Source: Candidatus Eiseniibacteriota bacterium (GTDB lineage: Bacteria; Eisenbacteria; RBG-16-71-46). From it: a stretch of 64,000 nt of DNA. The first letter of the stretch is position 1. Each line of letters begins with the position of its first letter. A model generated the notes under the pieces. The model worked only from the letters and a program-made list of their open reading frames with translations, was not told the origin of the DNA and made no database searches. The position numbers and the translations under genes are program-made. The stretch is from positions 64,001-128,000 of the forward strand of contig CAVUWA010000004.1 of NCBI GenBank assembly GCA_963744995.1, read 5' to 3'. Below, in pieces: positions 60,496-64,000 of the stretch.

Positions 60496-61545
60496 TCAGA
60501 ACCACACGACGTGGAACAGATGCGCGGCGCGCGGCTCGAGCGTGAAACGGCTCTCGAGCGAGCGCTCGACGTACACCGTGTCCACCGCCGCGCCCGGCGC
60601 CACCAGCACCGCGTCGAGGTCGTCGCGCTCGAGCGCCTTCGCCCGCGCCGCCGCAGGGCCGAGCACGAACAGCGCGGTGCCCCACGCATCGGCCCACATC
60701 GCTTCGGGCGCCAGCACGGTGACCGAGATCAGGCCCTCGGCCGGAACGCCGGTGCGCGGGTCGATGATGTGGCCATAGGTGCGGCCGTTCGCCGCGACGA
60801 ACTGCTCGTACTTGCCCGAGGTCGCGATCGCGCGGCCGGTGAGCCGGAGCCGCGCGAAGTAGGGCATCCGGTCGCGCGGATCGCGGATGCCGATCCGCCA
60901 TGCGTCGGCGTCCGGCGGGTGGCCCAGCGCGTACATGTTGCCCGAAAGGTCCACCAGTGCATCGGTGACGCCGCGCGTCTCGAGGGCGCGCCGCGCCGCG
61001 TCCACACCGTAGCCTTTGGCGATGCCGCCGAGATCCACGCGCACGTCGGGGCGGTCGAAGGCGAGCGTGCGCTGCTCCGGATCGAAACGCAGCCGGCGCT
61101 CGCCGACCGCCGCGAACGCCTTGCGCACGGTGGCGGAATCGGGCACGTGCGGCGAGCCGCCGAGGAATCCCCAGGCCCTGACCAGCGGCTCGACGGTGAC
61201 GTCGAAGGCGCCGCCGCTCTGACGCCCGACCTGGAGCGCAGCGGCGAGCACGCGTGCGACCTCGGGCTCGACGGTGGCGGTGCCATGCGCCGCGACGCGG
61301 TTGACGCGCGCGATTTCGCTGGTCGTGGTCCAGTTGCTCATCAGCGAGTCCACCCGTTCGAGCGCACGGTGCGCGGCGCGGGCCGCGGGACCGGCGCTGG
61401 CGGAGTCGGCGGCCACGAGGGTCACGTTGGCGTAGGTGCCCATCACGCGGAGCGGGAACGAAAACGGGCGCACCGCCGCCAGCGCGGCGGCGGCGGTCAG
61501 CGGGAGCAGCGCGACGAGCGCCGCGCGAGCGAAATGGCGTCTCAT
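60496..61545 (-). CDS. apbE: FAD:protein FMN transferase ApbE
   Basis: MGT, SEIARVN, GAFDVTV.PL, DLGGIAKGYGVD, ATSGKYE, HIIDPRTG, ADAWGTAL; signal peptide. Confidence 0.95.
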   Translation of the reverse strand: MRRHFARAALVALLPLTAAAALAAVRPFSFPLRVMGTYANVTLVAADSASAGPAARAAHRALERVDSLMSNWTTTSEIARVNRVAAHGTATVEPEVARVLAAALQVGRQSGGAFDVTVEPLVRAWGFLGGSPHVPDSATVRKAFAAVGERRLRFDPEQRTLAFDRPDVRVDLGGIAKGYGVDAARRALETRGVTDALVDLSGNMYALGHPPDADAWRIGIRDPRDRMPYFARLRLTGRAIATSGKYEQFVAANGRTYGHIIDPRTGVPAEGLISVTVLAPEAMWADAWGTALFVLGPAAARAKALERDDLDAVLVAPGAAVDTVYVERSLESRFTLEPRAAHLFHVVWF

Positions 61546-61685
61546 GGTTCCTTTCGAATCGGCACCGTCGCGATCCCTCGTGGGCGAAGGTCGCGCGCGC
61601 CGCACGAGTCCGCATCCTACACGAAGCCGGTGGCGCGAGACGCGGCGCGGCGCGCCCGGGGCGAGCCCGTCGTGGGCGCGGGCCG

Positions 61686-63998
61686 TCACGCGGCCGCGGC
61701 GCGCGCCCGGGGTGCGGCGCCCGCCCGCCGCCGCGAACGCCGCGCGATTTTCCACAGCTCGATGAGCGTGACCGGCAGCAGCGCCGCGCCGATCAGCAGC
61801 AGCCAGTCGCCCGCGGGCGCCCGGCTCACGTCGAAGAACGGCCTGAGCGGCGCCCACTCGACGACGGCGATCTGCAGCAGCGCCGCCAGCACCAGCGCGC
61901 CGAGCAGCGCGCGGTTGCGCCACGGCCCGATCTCGGGAAGCGTGCGTTGCGGGCTGCGGAACGCCACCGCCAGCGCGAGCTGCGCCAGCGCCGTGACGTT
62001 GAACGCGACCACCCGGGCATAGGAGAGGGCGCCCGGCTCGCGCGCGAGCGCCCACGAGAACATCGCCGCCGCGGTGGCGGCGATCAGCACGCCGGTCGCC
62101 GCGATCACGATCCACTCGCGGGCCGGCAGCAGGCGCGTGGCGGCGCCGTCCGGCCCGCGGCGCATGAGGTCGCTCTCGGCGGGCTCGAGACCGAGCGCGA
62201 GCGCCGGCAGGCCGTCGGTGACCAGGTTGATCCACAGGATCTGCACGGCGACCAGCGGCACCGGCCAGCCGAGGATCGCTGCCACGACCATCAGCAGCAG
62301 CTCGCCCGCGTTCGTGGACAGCAGGTAGCGGACGAACTTGCGGATGTTGTCGAGGATCAGGCGGCCCTCTTCCACGGCGGTGACGATGGTGGCGAAGTTG
62401 TCGTCGAGCAGGATCAGGTCGGCCGCGGCACGGGTGACGTCGGTGCCGGTGCGGCCCATCGCGATACCGATGTCGGCGGCGCGCAGCGCGGGCGCGTCGT
62501 TGACGCCGTCCCCGGTCATCGCCACCACGTGGCGGCGGACGTGCAGTGCGCGGACGATGCGCAGCTTGTGCGCGGCCGTGGCGCGGGCGACGACGTCCAG
62601 CTGGTCCACCCGCCGGGCGAGCTCGGCGTCGCTCAGCGTATCGAGCATGGCGCCGCTCAGGAGCGCGTCCGCGCCGGTGGCGAGGCCGATCTCGCGCGCG
62701 ATCGCGATCGCGGTCTCGGGATGGTCGCCGGTGATCATCAGCGGCCGGATGCCCGCACGGCGGCAGGCCTCGATCGCCGCGGCCGCCTCGGCGCGCGGCG
62801 GATCCATCATGCCCACGAGACCGAGGAGCGTGAGGTCCTGCTCGGCCGCGGCCGGGGCGACGCCGTCGCCAGCGCGCCGGGCGATGGCCAGCACCCGCAG
62901 CGCGCGGCCGGACATGGCCGCGGCGTGCGCGAGCACGGCGCGGCGGCGGGTCGCGTCGAGGCTCCGCTCACCGCCGCCGGCCGCCTCTCGAGTGCAAAGG
63001 GCCAGAATGGTTTCAGGCGCCCCCTTCACGTGCAGGGTGATGTGGGAGTCGGGACCGCGCACGGCGGTGGTCATGCGCCGGCGCTCGGCCTCGAACGGGA
63101 TCTCGAACACCCGCGCCGCGTGGTCCATGTCGGGCTCGAGACCGGCCTCGAGCGCCGCGGCGATCAAGGCGGTCTCGGTCGGATCGCCGCTGAGGTCGAG
63201 GCCGGCGCCGTCCGCCTCACGGACGCAGCGTACATGGGTGCAGAGCGCGGCCGACTCCAGCAGCGGCAGCAGCCCCGGCGCGTCGGCGGCTCGCACCGGG
63301 ATGGCGGCCGGCGGCCCGCCCGCGGGATCCTCGCGCAGCCGGCTGAAGCTGCCGACGTGCGTATCGCCGGCGCCTTCGACCCGCACCAGGGCGTCGGCCG
63401 TGTGAATCTCGCGGACGGTCATTTCGTTGCGCGTCAGCGTGCCGGTCTTGTCCGAGCAGATGACGTCCACCGAGCCCAGCGTTTCCACGCTCGCCAGCCT
63501 GCGCACCAGCGCGTTGCGCCGTGCCATGCGCTGCACGCCGAGCGCGAGCACCACCGCGACCACGGCCGGAAGCCCTTCGGGCACGGCGGCGACCGCCAGG
63601 CTCACGGCGAGCAGCATGACCTCGAGCAGCGGCATCCCGCGCACGGCGTGCGTGACGCCGAACACGATCACGATGCCGACGCAGATCGCCGCCAGCACGC
63701 GGCCGAAGGCGGCGAGCCGCACCTGCAGCGGCGTTTCGCCGCGCTCGATGGTCTCGAGCAGGGTGGCGATGCCGCCGAGCTCGGTGGCGGCCCCGGTCGC
63801 GGTGACGATCGCGCGCGCGCGGCCCGTGACCGCGACCGTGCCGAGGAACACCATGTTGGTGCGGTCGGCGAGCGGACAGTCGGCGGCGAGCGCCGTCGCC
63901 GCGTGCTTGCGCACCGGCATGGATTCACCGGTGAGCGCCGATTCCTGTGTGGCGAACTCCGCGGTTTCGACGAGCCGCGCGTCCGCGGGCACGCGATC
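61686..63998 (-). CDS. Cation-transporting P-type ATPase (type IIA, Ca2+-like), 5'-truncated by window edge
   Basis: [51 protein letters not shown]. Confidence 0.95.
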   Translation of the reverse strand, partial: DRVPADARLVETAEFATQESALTGESMPVRKHAATALAADCPLADRTNMVFLGTVAVTGRARAIVTATGAATELGGIATLLETIERGETPLQVRLAAFGRVLAAICVGIVIVFGVTHAVRGMPLLEVMLLAVSLAVAAVPEGLPAVVAVVLALGVQRMARRNALVRRLASVETLGSVDVICSDKTGTLTRNEMTVREIHTADALVRVEGAGDTHVGSFSRLREDPAGGPPAAIPVRAADAPGLLPLLESAALCTHVRCVREADGAGLDLSGDPTETALIAAALEAGLEPDMDHAARVFEIPFEAERRRMTTAVRGPDSHITLHVKGAPETILALCTREAAGGGERSLDATRRRAVLAHAAAMSGRALRVLAIARRAGDGVAPAAAEQDLTLLGLVGMMDPPRAEAAAAIEACRRAGIRPLMITGDHPETAIAIAREIGLATGADALLSGAMLDTLSDAELARRVDQLDVVARATAAHKLRIVRALHVRRHVVAMTGDGVNDAPALRAADIGIAMGRTGTDVTRAAADLILLDDNFATIVTAVEEGRLILDNIRKFVRYLLSTNAGELLLMVVAAILGWPVPLVAVQILWINLVTDGLPALALGLEPAESDLMRRGPDGAATRLLPAREWIVIAATGVLIAATAAAMFSWALAREPGALSYARVVAFNVTALAQLALAVAFRSPQRTLPEIGPWRNRALLGALVLAALLQIAVVEWAPLRPFFDVSRAPAGDWLLLIGAALLPVTLIELWKIARRSRRRAGAAPRARAAAA

Positions 63999-64000
63999 GC

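Overview
Very GC-rich bacterial DNA, almost fully coding, with about 51 CDS and no rRNA, tRNA or CRISPR array recognised. Lipoproteins, outer-membrane barrels and secreted proteins with FlgD-Ig/T9SS-like C-terminal domains indicate a diderm; Ca. Eisenbacteria or a related FCB-adjacent lineage is an unverified guess. The first ~40 kb is mixed housekeeping and scavenging DNA: six peptidases (S33, M13, S10, M20, M3B, M28), OPT/MFS/AEC transporters, rsgA, typA, yajQ, a cupredoxin-type III PKS-ICMT cluster, an FG-GAP protein plus a deleted remnant, and a truncated HNH gene. The standout is a ~21 kb minus-strand cluster (40640-61545). It has apbE followed, after a putative sigma54 promoter, by 19 tightly coupled envelope genes. 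These join a redox module (CX5CH cytochrome-like lipoprotein, hydrazine-synthase-alpha-like diheme beta-propeller lipoprotein, TlpA, DUF4266, DUF3570 with a variant flavinylation motif) and several outer-membrane barrels to an Agl/Glt-like proton-driven machine (giant TPR, TPR lipoprotein, CglF-like, ExbB, two ExbD, AgmX/TonB). A leader-peptide attenuator upstream of rsgA is a second notable feature. All family calls come from motif recognition by eye, with no database searches. Start codons were chosen from SD and overlap logic and are approximate.
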